Of a DNA stretch of 64,000 nucleotides, positions 23,491 through 37,103 are shown piece after piece. Under the pieces are notes generated by a model. The model did not search any database. It was not told the DNA's origin and was given only the letters and a program-made list of their open reading frames with translations. This DNA comes from Callorhinchus milii (lineage: Eukaryota). The position numbers were made by a program, and so were the translations under genes. The stretch's first letter is position 1, and every line of letters begins with the position of its first letter. The stretch is taken from contig NW_024704742.1 of NCBI RefSeq assembly GCF_018977255.1, positions 61,258,001 through 61,322,000 of the forward strand, read 5' to 3'.

Positions 23491-23828
23491 ATAATAATAA
23501 TCATTGCATTTGATATAGCGCTTTATCACATCTTCAAGATGTCTCAAAACTCTTCACAGAATATACTGTAGAGTGAATTGACTGTATATTTTGTGGGCAA
23601 AACACGGCAGCTAATTACACACAGCAGTGTCCCACAAACAGTTGTGGATTGAAGTGACCAATTTTTTTNGAAGGAATTATTATCCATGGAAAAGCGATCT
23701 GCCAATCGACTAAGAACCGGGTTCCTACTTACAGAGGCATGTGGAGTAAGGAATCTTGCCCAACATTTCGCCCTGCCGGGTCTCTCGCTTGTGAGGCGAA
23801 TGCTCTCATCACTGAGCTACAGGACTCC
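23491..23828 (-). mobile_element. Young tRNA-SINE, long subfamily (B-box region deleted; N at 23669)
   Basis: actgagctacaggactcc head, the internal aggaacccgg segment and the tail. Confidence 0.92.
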
Positions 23829-25459
23829 TATAAACAGATTAAGATGTCAGAATAAACAGGAACCCCCTTTGGGGAAATCAAATGCATTTCCCAGATTTGC
23901 TGAATGATTTCAATGACATTTGCCTGAATCAGGGTCAACAGTGGAAATAACAGACTGAATGTGAGAAACAAAAAAATAACGCAGCAGATGATCGGCTTTT
24001 GCGAAGCATGAAAGTTTCTGGTTGTACTGAAAATGTTGGTAAAGGCAGAAACACTCAAATCATCACAGAAAAAAACATTAGGTTAAACTGGCCCTTCACT
24101 GAAATAAAAGGAGAATAGAGAAGGACAAGCTTTTATCTCGGTTTTTTAGCTGGTCTCTGCCTTTGTGAAGAGTGCTGTGGACATGCAGTGTTGAAGAAAT
24201 TGCTTCTTAGGAGCCTGATACATAGAATTACATTGGAATTATGTGGAATTTACAGCACGAACAAGCCATTCAACCCAAATACTTCATGCTGGTGTTTATA
24301 TTCCACATGAATCTCCACATATCATAATCCTTGCTGCCTGCCTCCCCCCACACCTCTCTGATCCCTTCTCCCTCATGTATGAGACTACAGTACAAATGAA
24401 CGTTGACTTTGTTAGTGTTTCATGACGTTCTTTCCAGCAGCAATGATTCAAAACAAAAACTCTCATTAAAAGTAATAAGACTGAACCTTTTAACAGCATC
24501 CATCCTATCTGAGTGATCTTTGGTATATGTGCGGAATATAAATAATTTATACAATTTGTCATTGGGCATTGCTGGTCTCCTGTTATAAAAAATCTTGCAC
24601 TTGATATAGCATCTTATTATGTCATTGAGTCATCTCAGAGGGCTTCACAGGATTTTTACTGTGAAGTGTAGTAACTGTGTATATTGTAGGCAAATACATC
24701 AACCAATTTGCCGGCAGCAACGTTCCACAAACAGCCATGTAGTTAATAATTAATATTATCAGGAGGATTATTGGCCAAAACACTGCACATGAGCCCCCAC
24801 CTTTACTATGCCCCTCACCTACACCCCCAGATTTCCTTTCCCATTATATATGCAGAATAAATTTTCTTAAATATGTTGATGTTTTTTGCTTCAACCCCAC
24901 AGTATTCGGCAGTTTTTCAGATCTACAATTAGCTATCTAATATTTACTGCCCCTTTATTTGGACTCACCAATGAACAGAAACAGCTTATCATTATCCACA
25001 CTATTGAACCTTTCATAATCTTAAACATCTCTATTCAGATAAGATACTGAGTGTAAAACATTCACAACCTGATGAAAATAGTTCTTGAAAATATTCCTAC
25101 TGTGCATCGCACTTCCTGTCAATTTGCTCCCAGATATTTTTGGTGCCTGAATATTAAAGATCTTGTTAAGCTGCAGGTTGTTATAATCAACATGTTTCAG
25201 ACTTGCTTCACAGAAAACAAACACCTTTTCAATATCTCAAAATAAAACCTTATCTTTGAAAGAGTCCAGCAGTGAAAATTAAACTACTGTAAAATTGAAT
25301 AAAAAAATGGTGAATTTGCTGGAACAGAAAAAAATATTTCTGAATATCACTGTAAATATTATTATAACCTAAAAAGAGAATTGTATCATTTTGCAGAACA
25401 GTTGGCAGGCCATCAGCCATCAAACCTGGGATGGCTCTCCAAGCGAGCTATCCTTTCAG

Positions 25460-25710
25460 TAACAATAACTTACATTTATATAGCGTCCTTCAAGGAGGCT
25501 GATCCCTACACTTTACACTTTACAGTACTGCCAAGCAAGGGAGGAGGGTGAGGTGACCATTGAAAAGGTAGGTTAGGTGGGATTTAGAGAGAGAGAGACA
25601 GTGATATTGTAGTGTAGCGGGGAGAGAGTTCCAAAGGGAGTGGGTCACGGTTGCTGAGGGGGTAGGGATACACATCAGGCCTGATGTTGCCAAGCAGAGC
25701 GGGTGAGGAA
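25460..25710 (-). mobile_element. Decayed L2 3' end
   Basis: aacaataacttacatttatatagcgtcc and gagagttccaaagg. Confidence 0.65.
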
Positions 25711-26136
25711 CTCACAACAGACTCCCTTCCCTTCAGTCCCACTCCTCTGCCCTTTCCCAAACCTAATTTTATTTTTCCCTTTCAAAATATTTGTCACATT
25801 CTCTTTTCAAAATTATTATGGATTCTGCTTTAATACCATATCTACTTGAACCAAATTGTCCTGCATATAACGTTTAGTACTTTTAAGAGAAATAGACAGC
25901 GATTCAGTATAGAAATTGATTGAGAGGTATGAGAGATAAATTTGTGTACAGTACTTGTCAGATAAACTGCAAAAGTCTTGTGATCCTACTGGTGCTGCAT
26001 TTTTCTATGTTCCCCATTTAGTATGTGTTTATCTTCCAACCTACTTGAATAGTATGCGACGATTCTCACCCCTTGATTTACGTGCAAGTTTTATTAACGC
26101 TTTCGTACTAAGTGGCCTCTGCTTCTCCCCTAACCC

Positions 26137-26740
26137 TGTTGGTGTAAGTCCCTGTTTCAAAGGTGACTCAACCAAGTCAGAGTCACACACAGACAGGTAT
26201 TCCCAGTTAACCTCAATGCCCGGTAACTGGAATATCTAATCGGAGTCCGCTCGCACTAGTAGATCTCCGACTTTGACAAATCCCCTCCGAAGTGCTTACT
26301 CCTTTTCTTGTCTGGAATACTACAGAGACTCAAGGATACATTCGATAGAAACAACAGCTCTATATTAAAACCTAGCAACCCTAGGCTACCTTGCATATAA
26401 GGAACACAACAATGGGATCAAATATAACAATCACACATAGCTATAACATGGCAGCACAATACTACATTGGTAAAGAAATATAAAAACTAACCTGATTGTA
26501 CACTAGTCCTGTACACGTCAGTATGTACCGGATGATGACCATTCGTTAGTGACCATGAGGAGCGCTGAAAATTGCCTTAAATATGCATGTGGCTCCATCC
26601 ACCGTATGATGCGAATGCGAGGGTTTTTTCCCTGTGCTAGCGCCCGTGTATTATTTTACTCTGTGAGCTGTTTGTTAGTTGACTGTCAATCAAGCAGCCC
26701 TGGATCTATACTTTGCTGCAAACTCATGCAGGCTGGTTGC
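26137..26740. mobile_element. CpG-retaining single-copy insert, possibly a solo LTR
   Basis: Starts TGT, is CpG-richer than its flanks and lies between SINE-like pieces; no TSD or CA end confirmed. Confidence 0.3.
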
Positions 26741-27109
26741 TAAAAATCTTGTGAAGTGTTTTGAGTTGTTGATGACGACATGATGAGACGTTATATAGAA
26801 TACAGGAACTATCATTATCTAATTTTTTCATTAATTTGCTAAAAGAATATGCTCCACCACCATCCTGGGTGGTTCACTCCAAATAGTCACCATTGTCTGT
26901 GAAAAGTAATTCAATCTGCCTTAAGACCTTTAGCTTTGACCATGCTTTTGGTCACCTTTCCCCATCCCTCACCCCAACCACCTTCCTCAGCTCCCCCCAC
27001 CTCCAGTTTGGGCTCCCAATTGGATCTGTGAAATGCTTTTCACATGAAATGTGAAATGTGAAATGCTTCACATCTTCCAGTAATGGCTTCACATGATGCA
27101 ATAAATTTA

Positions 27110-27410
27110 TGTTAAAGGTGGGTTAGGAGGGAGGTAACTGAAGGCACAGTCAAATGATAGGTTTTCAAAAGGCTTTTGAAAACAGAGGGGGAGAGCAGAA
27201 GAAGGAGGGAATTAGAGAGAGAATTGCAGAGGGTAGAGGCAACGTGACTGAAAGCTCTGATGGAGGGGCAGGAGGGGTGTGGGACAGAGTAGAACTGAGT
27301 TAGCAGAGCAGAGGGAGAGGACTTTGGAGTGGAATCTCCAAAGAGCACAGAAGCAAAGGAAAGGGGCGTAAAGGCATTTGAAAGAACAAGACATTTAAAG
27401 TCCATCTGCT
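27110..27410 (-). mobile_element. Decayed L2 3' region
   Basis: ORF 27112-27405 has SIRAFSHVASTLCNSL...FKSLLKTY. Confidence 0.75.
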
Positions 27411-28584
27411 GGGGAATAACCTAAACTTTAAATGTTTTTTTTCAGTTGGAGTGAGTTCCCAAACTACGGAGCCAAGGGTATGAATATTTGGATATACCTT
27501 ATCTACAGAATACCAGATACACTGTCTCCATACATTGGCTTGGCTTGCCCTTTCCAAACATAAGGCAGATTTGGGACATCAAAGGGAATATATCTCCATT
27601 AAACTTTTGAACTGATTTGAGATGTTCTCCTAATGTGAAAAGCATCATATAAATATGAATTGTATTGATCAAAGAAACAAACCTTAGGCTGGTAATTTAA
27701 CTGCCTGTAACCTTACTAATTTATACATAGATTTACACAGAATGAACAGCAAGAAAGAGGTCACTTGTCCCAACTAGTCTGTGCCGGTGCTTATACTCCA
27801 CATAAGTCTCCATCCATTCCTTTTTCCTTCTATTCCTCTCTCCCTCATGTGAATGAATAAGGCTGCTATTTATATAAAAGAACTCAAACATCTTAACAAT
27901 AGACACCAAGCAAGGAGTTTAGGTTATTTCGAAATAGCTGATGCAATCACTTGAGCCTTTGGTGCTGTGCAAAATGATAACCTAACAGAACCGATTCAGA
28001 ACACGTGTAGTTTCTATAGCTCTTGTATAAAAATGATTTGACCCTCTTATTTTCTTTAACTTAATCCTGTGAATTCTAGGTTTATTACAGGAATGAAGAA
28101 TATCAATAAATGAAGCTTCTGAAATAAAGTGATCATTAAACACCCATAGAATCACGCTCATGATCAGAAAAAGTAATTTGCCACAGTTAACTGTAGATTA
28201 TCACCGTTACTTGCAGGAGTGGGTTAACATTTTGATTGATTCTGCTGCATAAAAAAAGTATAATCTATCATTTAAAGGTTGAATGTGACATTTCTGTCTG
28301 ATGTATTTCAACATCACTCACGATCTTTCTATCCCCAAGGTTTACTTTCTACGCAGACTGTAAAATGGGAACCCTGCATATCCAATAAGCTATCAATCTT
28401 ACACAAGCTATTGTTTTTTCTAACTTTTATTCCCATTTACCTCTCACTGCACCACTCACCAATTAGCCCCAAGTCTAGACTTTGAGCTCATAATCTAGGC
28501 TGACATTCCAGTGCAATGTGGGGGGAAATGCCACTTTGTCACTTATCTTCAACTGAGAGCTATACATATATCTCAGATAAGACA

Positions 28585-28915
28585 CAAAGCCCATCACACC
28601 AGTTCTAGCCAGGCTTCACTGGCTCCCTATTGCTGAGCCTATCAATTTCAAGATCCTCACACTCGTTTTCAAATCCCTTCATGACCCTGGCATTTGCCTA
28701 CCTCTTCGGCATGCTTACCACTCTACCCACTACCGCTGCCTGTGCTCGACTGGCTTCAGCCTTCTGCATGTCCCTCGTACCCTCAGTTTCACCATCAGTG
28801 AGCGTGCTTTCAGCCCCAAAACTCTGGAACACTCTTCCTCTATCCTTCCGTCTTTTCCCTTCCTTCCCCATCTTCAGGTTGTGCCTGAAGACCTTCGTCT
28901 TTGACTGTGCCTATA
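28585..28915 (+). mobile_element. L2 3' region inserted into an old SINE (pieces 28480-28555 and 29000-29260)
   Basis: cactggctccct...tcaatttcaagatcctc and APKLWNTLP...LKTFVF. Confidence 0.8.
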
Positions 28916-29539
28916 TAGAGAAAACAACAACTTGCATTTATATACGGCCCCTCATGCAGGGTAGCATCCCAGAGAGTTATATAAATAAAAGTTTTTGTAG
29001 ATGTTGTCTTCTCTACCTGATCTGGAGAATGTTAAAGATTCAATGGCACTACTTCAAGAGAGAAGGGTGTTTCACCCTGTGTCCTGGCCAACTAACATCA
29101 GAAAAAATTGATCATTCTTTTCATGGCTGTTTGTAGAACATTGTTTTGTGAAAATTGGCTGATGCATTCACCTACAAAGTAAAGTCAATCATTTGAAGAG
29201 CTTTGAGATGTACCAACTAGGTGATAAGGCACTACATCAAATGCAAGGATTTTAATATTATCACAGAGATATATGTATAGCTCTCAGTTAAAGAAACTAA
29301 CTGATACAGCAACAATTTTTTTGTTGGGAGTATATTTCACAAATCAGAATTTTGACACAGCAATGTCCTGCAAACAACCATGAAGTGAATAATCAATTTT
29401 ATCTTGGGGAATTGTTGGCCAGGAGACAGGGAGAAATTTCACAAATTATTGCAATAGTTATCACTGGTGATAATTGCCACAGCAGTTTTCTTCCTCATTC
29501 AGTGGTGAATTTAAATTTAAATCATTTATTTTTAAATGA

Positions 29540-29990
29540 ATACTTTGAGCTCATAATCTAGATGGGCACTCCACTGAAGAACTAGTGAAACACTGCATTG
29601 TCGAAGATGCCATCCTTCAGATGAGGCATTAAACTTTCATTCCATCTATCCTTTCAGATGTACTTTAGAAATGCAGTTGTACTATTTAAAAAGAGAAGCC
29701 AACAATTGTACAAATGGAACTGATTATCCATTTCATGCGTGTTTGTGGGACAAATTTGGCTGCTGTGTTTCTTACAAATAGACAGTCACCAGAAAACAAC
29801 AACAAATTACATTTGTATAACGCCTTTCATGTCGGGAGGATATCCCAAGGCGCTGGACAGTCAGGGATTTGGACCGGGATCAGGAAGGGTCGTCGAAGAG
29901 GAGTGACTTGAGACATGCCTTGGAGGAGGCAAGGGAGAGAACAAAGCAAAGGGACTGTGGGATGTTCCAAAGGGTGGAAGCAGAGAGATG
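29540..29990. mobile_element. Old SINE fragment (+) followed by an L2 3' end (-, 29792-29990)
   Basis: ttgagctcataatctag...tgtttgtgggacaaatttggctgc, then caacaacaaattacatttgtataacgcctttca. Confidence 0.7.
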
Positions 29991-30294
29991 GAAGTCATTG
30001 CATTACACTTGGAATCTTTTTCTTACAAATAAAAAAAACTTATACATATATGCACAACTTTAAAAAAAAGATTTGAATTTAAGATTTTAAAGATGAATTA
30101 AAAGTACCGACAGTGCTTTATTATTCCCCAATGAATCATGTGAACTGCATGTCAGCTCTCTCTATGGCCACTTTCACAAAAATCCTCTAAACAGGGATTA
30201 GTGTTCATGTTGTCTTATCTGAAAAGTATTGATCCTTCCAAAAGTGTGTCAGGAAGCTACTGTCAGTCTTTAACTATGTTATTTATTTTTAAAA

Positions 30295-30622
30295 CTTGCA
30301 AGCAAGAGGACCTGGGTTCAACTCCTGGGCAGGGCAAAACGATAGGCAAGTTTCCTTGCTCCACACGCCCGCCTCTGTTTATGTAGCAGTAAATAGGAAC
30401 CGGTTGTTAGTTGATTGGGGGATCGCTTTTCCAAGGACAATAATCCCTTCAAAATATATATATTTTTAAATGTGATTACTTAATCCACGGCTGTTTGTGG
30501 GACACTGCTGTGTACAATTTGCTCGCGTGTTTTGCTCACAAAATATACAGTCAATTCACTTTACGGTATATTCCGTGAAGCATTTTGAAACATCTCAAAG
30601 ATGTAAGAAGGCTCAATATCAA
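30295..30622 (+). mobile_element. Young tRNA-SINE, long subfamily, A box missing
   Basis: gggttcaactcc B box, gcctctgtttatgtagcagtaaataggaacc segment and the tail. Confidence 0.9.
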
Positions 30623-30989
30623 AGGCCATGACACAGGGAGAAATTCCCTTTTCTTTTTGAGGTGTGCCATGGGTTCTTTAATGTCCATCTGGACAGCCAG
30701 ATTGGAATGGGTTCAACATCTCATCTGAAGTTTGACACTTACAACAATGCATTGCTCCCCCAGCACTTGGTGGGAATGTCAGCCAGGATTGTTGATTCAA
30801 AGTCCCAACATGGGGCTTTCCAAACCATTTTGACTCACCCATTTTTCTACCAACTAAGTCAGTCTGACACTTAATTTGACTATGAATTGGGTGGTTAAAG
30901 TTAAATTGATGTACCATGATTTGATTGCTTGTTTGCATTAAATTACCAAGTATATACATAAAGGAACAGAATGGATGTTGTGAACGTGG

Positions 30990-31330
30990 ACCTTCATAAA
31001 ACATTTGAACATATCATATTATACTTGTTGGGAAGATTAGGGCACTTGGAGTGGCAGTATTGTTAGAATATTGGCTGAGGAACAGAAAGCAGGGATTAGG
31101 AGAAATGAATGTTTCTTGAATCGGCAAGACATTGTTGCATTCTCCAGGGAGTCTGGATTTGGAAATGTGCAGTGTGAATGGTATCAATAATTTGCAGATG
31201 GAACTAAATTGGAGCCATAGTAAACTGTGGCGAAGAATGCTGTTGTGCAGAGGATCCCAATCAGACTAATGGGCTGCAAGGTATGGGGCAAATGAAAGAT
31301 AAATAGCAGCTAAATGTGTGGTAATATATT
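30990..31330 (+). mobile_element. Very decayed CR1 RT fragment
   Basis: aattggctgaggaacagaaagcag-like and tttgcagatggaactaaattgg (FADDTKL-like) motifs. Confidence 0.55.
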
Positions 31331-31499
31331 TTGAAATATGCAGTCGACAGTGTCAGTCTGATTCAATTGGTAGCACTCTCGCCTCTGAGTCAGACGGTTA
31401 TGGATTCAAGCCCTACATCAAGATTTGGGACTCATAGTCTAGGCTGATACTCAAGTGCATTGCTGGGAGTACAACAAAACATCCCATTTACAATATTTG

Positions 31500-31700
31500 C
31501 AAAATATTTGGGATGATTTCTGATAATTCCTAGTTGATGTCCTCTTATTACTGAATCGTCAATCACTGAAGTAATCTCTGTGTTTGTCCTATGAAAATTC
31601 TTCATCATTTTGAAATTCACAAATGATTGTAGAATTTCACCTTCGAAGCCCTGTGTTTTTGAGGACTTTACCTTCATATAAGGAATTTGAACCACCCCTT
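31500..31700 (-). mobile_element. Very decayed CR1 C-terminal fragment
   Basis: FKMMKNFHR...DSVIRGHQL resembles the CR1 pattern FKIMKGFDR...TRGH seen in ORF 59405-59776. Confidence 0.55.
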
Positions 31701-34059
31701 TGAAGATGTTGATAGATGTTGATAGATCTTAACTGAGGGATAAACGATTCAAAATAACTTCAGTTTTATGTTTGCATGGCCTCTCTGTCAGATCTTAAGA
31801 TAATTTCTTGTACCAATTAATATAGATGGCCATTTCTTTTCTTTTTTGCTCAGTACCATGGTTATCTCTGATATTTGCTTTTGATGGATGTCTTCCATCA
31901 AGCTGTAGTGCACTTCCTGTTAATATTGTCTGCCAGATGAGGCAAGAATAATAATGGGATTGCATTGGAGATCAGTGCTCTCCACTTGGAAGAGTAACCA
32001 TGGAATAAATGTTATTACTTACACTGTCGATTTTGTGATAAAATAAAATATAATTTCTCAGAAAAACATCAGTGGCACTTGCTCCATAAAGCAAAATGTC
32101 AGAGGCTATTCCTAATGTGAAGAAACACGATTATTTGTGTGTGCTTCTAAGTCCTGAGTTCTGCTTGGATGAGTCGCCTCCATTTTGTCAGAACCACCGA
32201 GCAGGATTTTGTTTTTGCTTCTGTAAGTTTATGTTGATTTCACGTACTATATGAAGAAACCTCCTTCAAGCCAGTGAATTGATTCATGGTTTATGAACGT
32301 TATGGATGTAATGGAATGAGAACAAGGCAGAGTCCCCCATCTTGTACAGCTTCTGATTTGATAGTGCTCAATTAAAACTCAAAATTAGGAGCACCGGGAT
32401 ATGATTCATGATAATAATAACAATAATCCTTTTTAGCAAAAGGTTGGCTTTCTAAATCCTTCCAAGAGGTTGACCAAAGTATTTTCTCTGAGTGCATTTC
32501 AGCTAACACACTGTGACACTTAAAATAACACATTATTTAATTGAAATGCAAACATACTTTCTATCTTTTCTAAAAATAAATTCTAGCTATGTCTGAATTT
32601 TAAAGCTCTTGCTTACCTTTCTTGCTAAACTGGCCATTCACTTTATGGTTGTGTGCAAATATTACTAAATATAAGGATTACCATTATTATTATTGCGTCC
32701 TCAAGTTTTCCTCTCCATCAAAATGTTTAAAGGAAGCAATCTTTTTAAAAAGTGTTATCAATGCTGAAACAAGTGCTTCGCAGACCAGCCTGTCATAACA
32801 GCTAATGAAAAGCTAAATCATGAAAGATGGAATGCAAAACAAGGAGCATAAATAACAGATCTAAGAGGAATTTCTTTATACAGAGAATGGTGAGAATGCT
32901 TAACTCATTGAGGAAGCTGTGTTTGAAGCAAAACATTATTGATGTATTTAAGATGAAGCTTAAAGCATTCATGAGGGAGAGGGGAATAGAGTGGTGCAGT
33001 TGAAGGGATTAAGAGTGGTGGACACTCATATAGCCAAATGACCTGTTTCTGCGCTGTAATGTTTTGTCTAATTCTGTGTAATTTCATGTAATATGGCCCT
33101 TCGATATGAGTTGTGCTGTGACATATAAACCAGTATTCAGAGCCTGTCAATGAATAAACTTATCGTCAGTCCTTACTGAAGATTGTTCCTGCACTAGCAA
33201 ACTCTTCTGCTGTGCTTTGAATGATAGAAATGTGGAGTAGTGCAGAGTTTTGCTTGATTATCTTTGGGGATAAGAGAGTGTTTATCTAGAACAGTCCCTC
33301 AGGACTACAGAGTGGCTTTTTTACATTTATGGAGTCCTTGTGCACTGTCTGTGGAAGACACGGTTTTGAAGGGCCAAATAGCATTTACTTCCTCCATGTT
33401 TATTTTCTTGTTTAGTTTGGCATTCATTCTCATTTCATATTAACATGCAAAATGCTTGGCTCCAAACCATGTTATAATGAGAGTCGACTGTACTCTCAGC
33501 ATGATTTGCGTGGATATATCTTTGTTGTGAAGAGGACTGTTCTCCTAAAAGCACTGTCATGATTTATTTAGCTCCTCATTGCAAATTCTATTTTATGCCC
33601 AAATTGTTTACCAGCTGTATAGGCTCTGCCAGTGAAAATAAGCCTCAACAAAAAAATAGCTCATTTAACACATAGTACAACATGTACTCAACCAACTATA
33701 CAATTCAACTATACAAAACGGAGAGATTAACATCAAAACTATGGCTTTTCATCACACTAATGTCCTGTTGATGATGGTTTTGAAGTGTAGAAGTTTAAAT
33801 TATTCCATCTGCACAGTTTGGCAAAGTGACACGGCACACTTTATTAACTTTATTCAGCTTTTCCTCTTCATTAATTTTCAAGGCAGAGGTTCTTGGCAAG
33901 GAGGTGCTGTGTTCATTCATTACATGTGACAAGAATGGCATCCACTGTGGACAGAAATGTAGACTATCATTTAAGTAAAATGAAGAAGAATTGACTGGAC
34001 TGGGAAGTTTCAGTAGTTATTTACATCTTTCAGCAATGGGACTCAGGTGCCTGAGTAAC

Positions 34060-34330
34060 TTAATTGCAGCCATTGAGAAAGGTTTGGAGCTTTTTTCTCT
34101 GGAGATGGAGACAGGACCTGGTAGAGATGTTTAAGATTATGAAAGGATTTCATAAAATGGATAATAATAGATTATTTCTGCTTTTTGGTGTGTTCAAAAC
34201 AAGGAAGCAGAAATATAAGATAGCCAATAGCAGATCTAAAAGGCAATTGAGGAGAAATTTCCTTATCCCTAGGGTTGTGAGAATGTGGAATTTACTGTCG
34301 GCAGCTGTGGTGGAAGCAAATAGCTATAAA
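34060..34330 (+). mobile_element. CR1 C-terminal fragment
   Basis: DLVEMFKIMKGF...RRNFLIPRVVRMWNLL. Confidence 0.85.
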
Positions 34331-35464
34331 GGATTTACTGCAAAGAGAAGTGACTGTGAATTTGTAGGGGTACATTGCTATGCGTATATCCTGCCAACAG
34401 TCATGAAGTGAATAATCAATTATTATTGGGGAATTGTTGGCCAGGACCCTGGGAGAAACGCCTTCTCTTTACAAGTAGTCCAACACAACCTTTATAAACT
34501 GATGTCAGTGGGGATCAAAGATAAGAAAAGAATGTGGTCCTGATCAATAAATCCACAAGAGCAGGGCATGGATGTATGCTCAGAAGAGGGATGGTGAATA
34601 GACAGTTCAGATTGAATTATTTTACAAAGTGGTGAATATGTCAACAAAGTGATGGTTTTGTCGACAAAGTACACAGTCACTACACTTTACAGTATATTCT
34701 ATGAAGAGCTTTGAGATGCCTCTATGACGTGATAATGCTTTATCAAATGCAAGGATTATTATTATTATTATTATTATGTGGAATAGAGAACCCAGAAAGG
34801 TCCTGAACTTTCCTATGTCCCTATTTCATAAAGCAATACTTCAATTAACAATATAAAACTTTAATTTCCTTAAGTATTAAATATAGATACCAGTTATAAA
34901 ATATTCAATGACAGTTTTTTATACAACATAATCCAAGTTTAGAAGTTAGTCATTATTGTTTTGAGGAAAAAAAGATGTCTACCTTCAGGCTTTATTTTTA
35001 TTATTTACACTCCTCCTCCACTTGTAGTTACTTTGGTTACTTTATTCCCCTCTCTAGGGATGTGCATTTATATCACAGTTTGGTAGGGTACTGTAAAGAG
35101 GCTGTGGGTGCTCTGCATGTTATATAGTACTGTTAGATTTGTTGGCAGGGTCAGGCAAATGGGAAAGCCAATGAGCGATGGATAAAGAGATACATGCAAA
35201 TTGTCAGTTGTTTAATGTTACATGGTTTCAATTTCATTTAATTTTAAGATAACCTACTTATTTTCCAATGGTACTGAATTCACCACTGAAGCCTGTGTAC
35301 TCTTTTAGCTCAGTACCTTTCCCATTTAGGCTCCATGTATTAAGACACCAAGCCATCTTTAAGTGCATTTCTGAACATTGACAGATGTCTCAACAATAAT
35401 AAGCATTAATAAGTGTCTCAACAAGCTCAATAACCTTTGTCATAAATTGCGCTTTTTAACCATT

Positions 35465-35700
35465 TAAAGTCCAGCAGTACCCCAACACACAGTTTAGGGT
35501 CCCCAAGCCTTGGTTTGTACTAAGCTATGTCTAATATTCTCTGGAATTCTGTAAGCGGGATGAGTCCCTCTGGGAAGAGAGTGCACATTGCATTCCAAAC
35601 AGGAATTTCCTCATGCAGATGGCATGCATGGAACTCTGTTTGGTTTGGATACTCTCAAGCGTGGTCATGGGTAATACCAAACTGACCACCCAAAAAGTGA
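35465..35700 (+). repeat. Unclassified repeat family X, copy 3
   Basis: Colinear with 42222-42470 over about 240 bp. Confidence 0.75.
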
Positions 35701-36735
35701 TGGTACCTGCTATAGCAGCTCTCTCTCAGCCACTCAAAGGCACACATCTGTAAGCACAGTAAAGCTGCTCAAAATGTCCAGTACAAACTTATACTGTACA
35801 CGGCGATGGTTTAGGTTTACGAAATGATAGCATCCCTTTTACCTAGTCCATAGGCACAGGTTATGCTACCGACCATATCTCATGCCCTCCGCTCCTCCCA
35901 GTGTGGGAGAAAGTGGGATTAAGTCATGGTTTGGTGCATGGAGAAATAAATGTGAAATGATCAGTCATTTGAGAGCAGCAATAATCATGTCATGTTTAAC
36001 ACAGCTGCAAACGCTGTCTGGGTGCTCAAGCGACCTGAAGCATATTGCTAATACATTTATTTTTAGTGGCCTCTTGATCAGTATAAAGACTGGAGCAAAT
36101 CTTCACTTGGAGACCTGCCATGAAGAGGACTCCCTAAGGCCCCTTTCCAATAAGCAGCGAGAATTAAAATGCTTCCAGCAGGACCTGTCCCGGCCATGCC
36201 CGATACCATTAGTAAACAAAGCAAAACAGAGAAACAAGCCATAGGAAATCCTAAGGGGATTCTGATGATCAGTCTTTCCCTCTGTTGCTCTCTATTGATA
36301 GTTTGATATTCTTGCCACTGGGATAAAGGATAGGAAAATTACAAACCTGATTGTGTGACTATGACATTACCACCAACCAGCACTGACAGACAGACAATCT
36401 ATTCCTCTGCGCTTAAAGTGCTTCTCATTCCCCCGCACCAAAAAAATGGATTGCACATTAATATTAATATTCTCTTCATTGTACACGTGCATGCAAATCT
36501 GGGATATGCGTTACGGTATTACTTTATACGTGAAATTACATAAGCATTTTTAATAAACTTACAGTGGAAATATGAACATTTTTCTTTTACAATTTTATTT
36601 TAATAAGACGTGAATAGTAATTTTTGTGTTGAGGCTTTTCCAGTAAAACATCTCCCATAGATATATTTCCTGCTGGTGGCTAATCTGATTTCCACACTAA
36701 TTGATTAATTTGTCAGGAGTACTCAGTCTACAACT

Positions 36736-37103
36736 ATAATAATAATAATCCTTGCATTTGATATAGCGCTTTTCATATCTTCTAGACGTCTCAAAGCACT
36801 ACACAGAATAGACTGTAAATGAATTGACTGTATACTTGTGGGAGAAACGCAGCAGCCAATTGCACACAGCAGTGTCCCACAAACAGTCATGGATTGAGTG
36901 ACCAAATCCTTATTGGTTTTTTTTGAAGGATTATTATCCTCGGAAAAGTGATTCACCAATTGACCAACAACCGGGTTCCTACCTACTGCTTTGTCAACAG
37001 TGCCTCTGCGTGTGGAGTAAGGAAACTTGCCCAACATTTCGCCCTGCTGGGAATCGAACCTTGTGAGGCGAGTGCTCTAACCACTGAGCTACAGAACTCC
37101 ACA
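36736..37103 (-). mobile_element. Young tRNA-SINE, long subfamily
   Basis: Head with a small deletion, the internal segment, the Deu-type segment and (ATT)n. Confidence 0.93.

Noticed and set aside
23669..23669. Ambiguous base N
   Set aside because: It is an assembly uncertainty in a homopolymer, not a biological feature.
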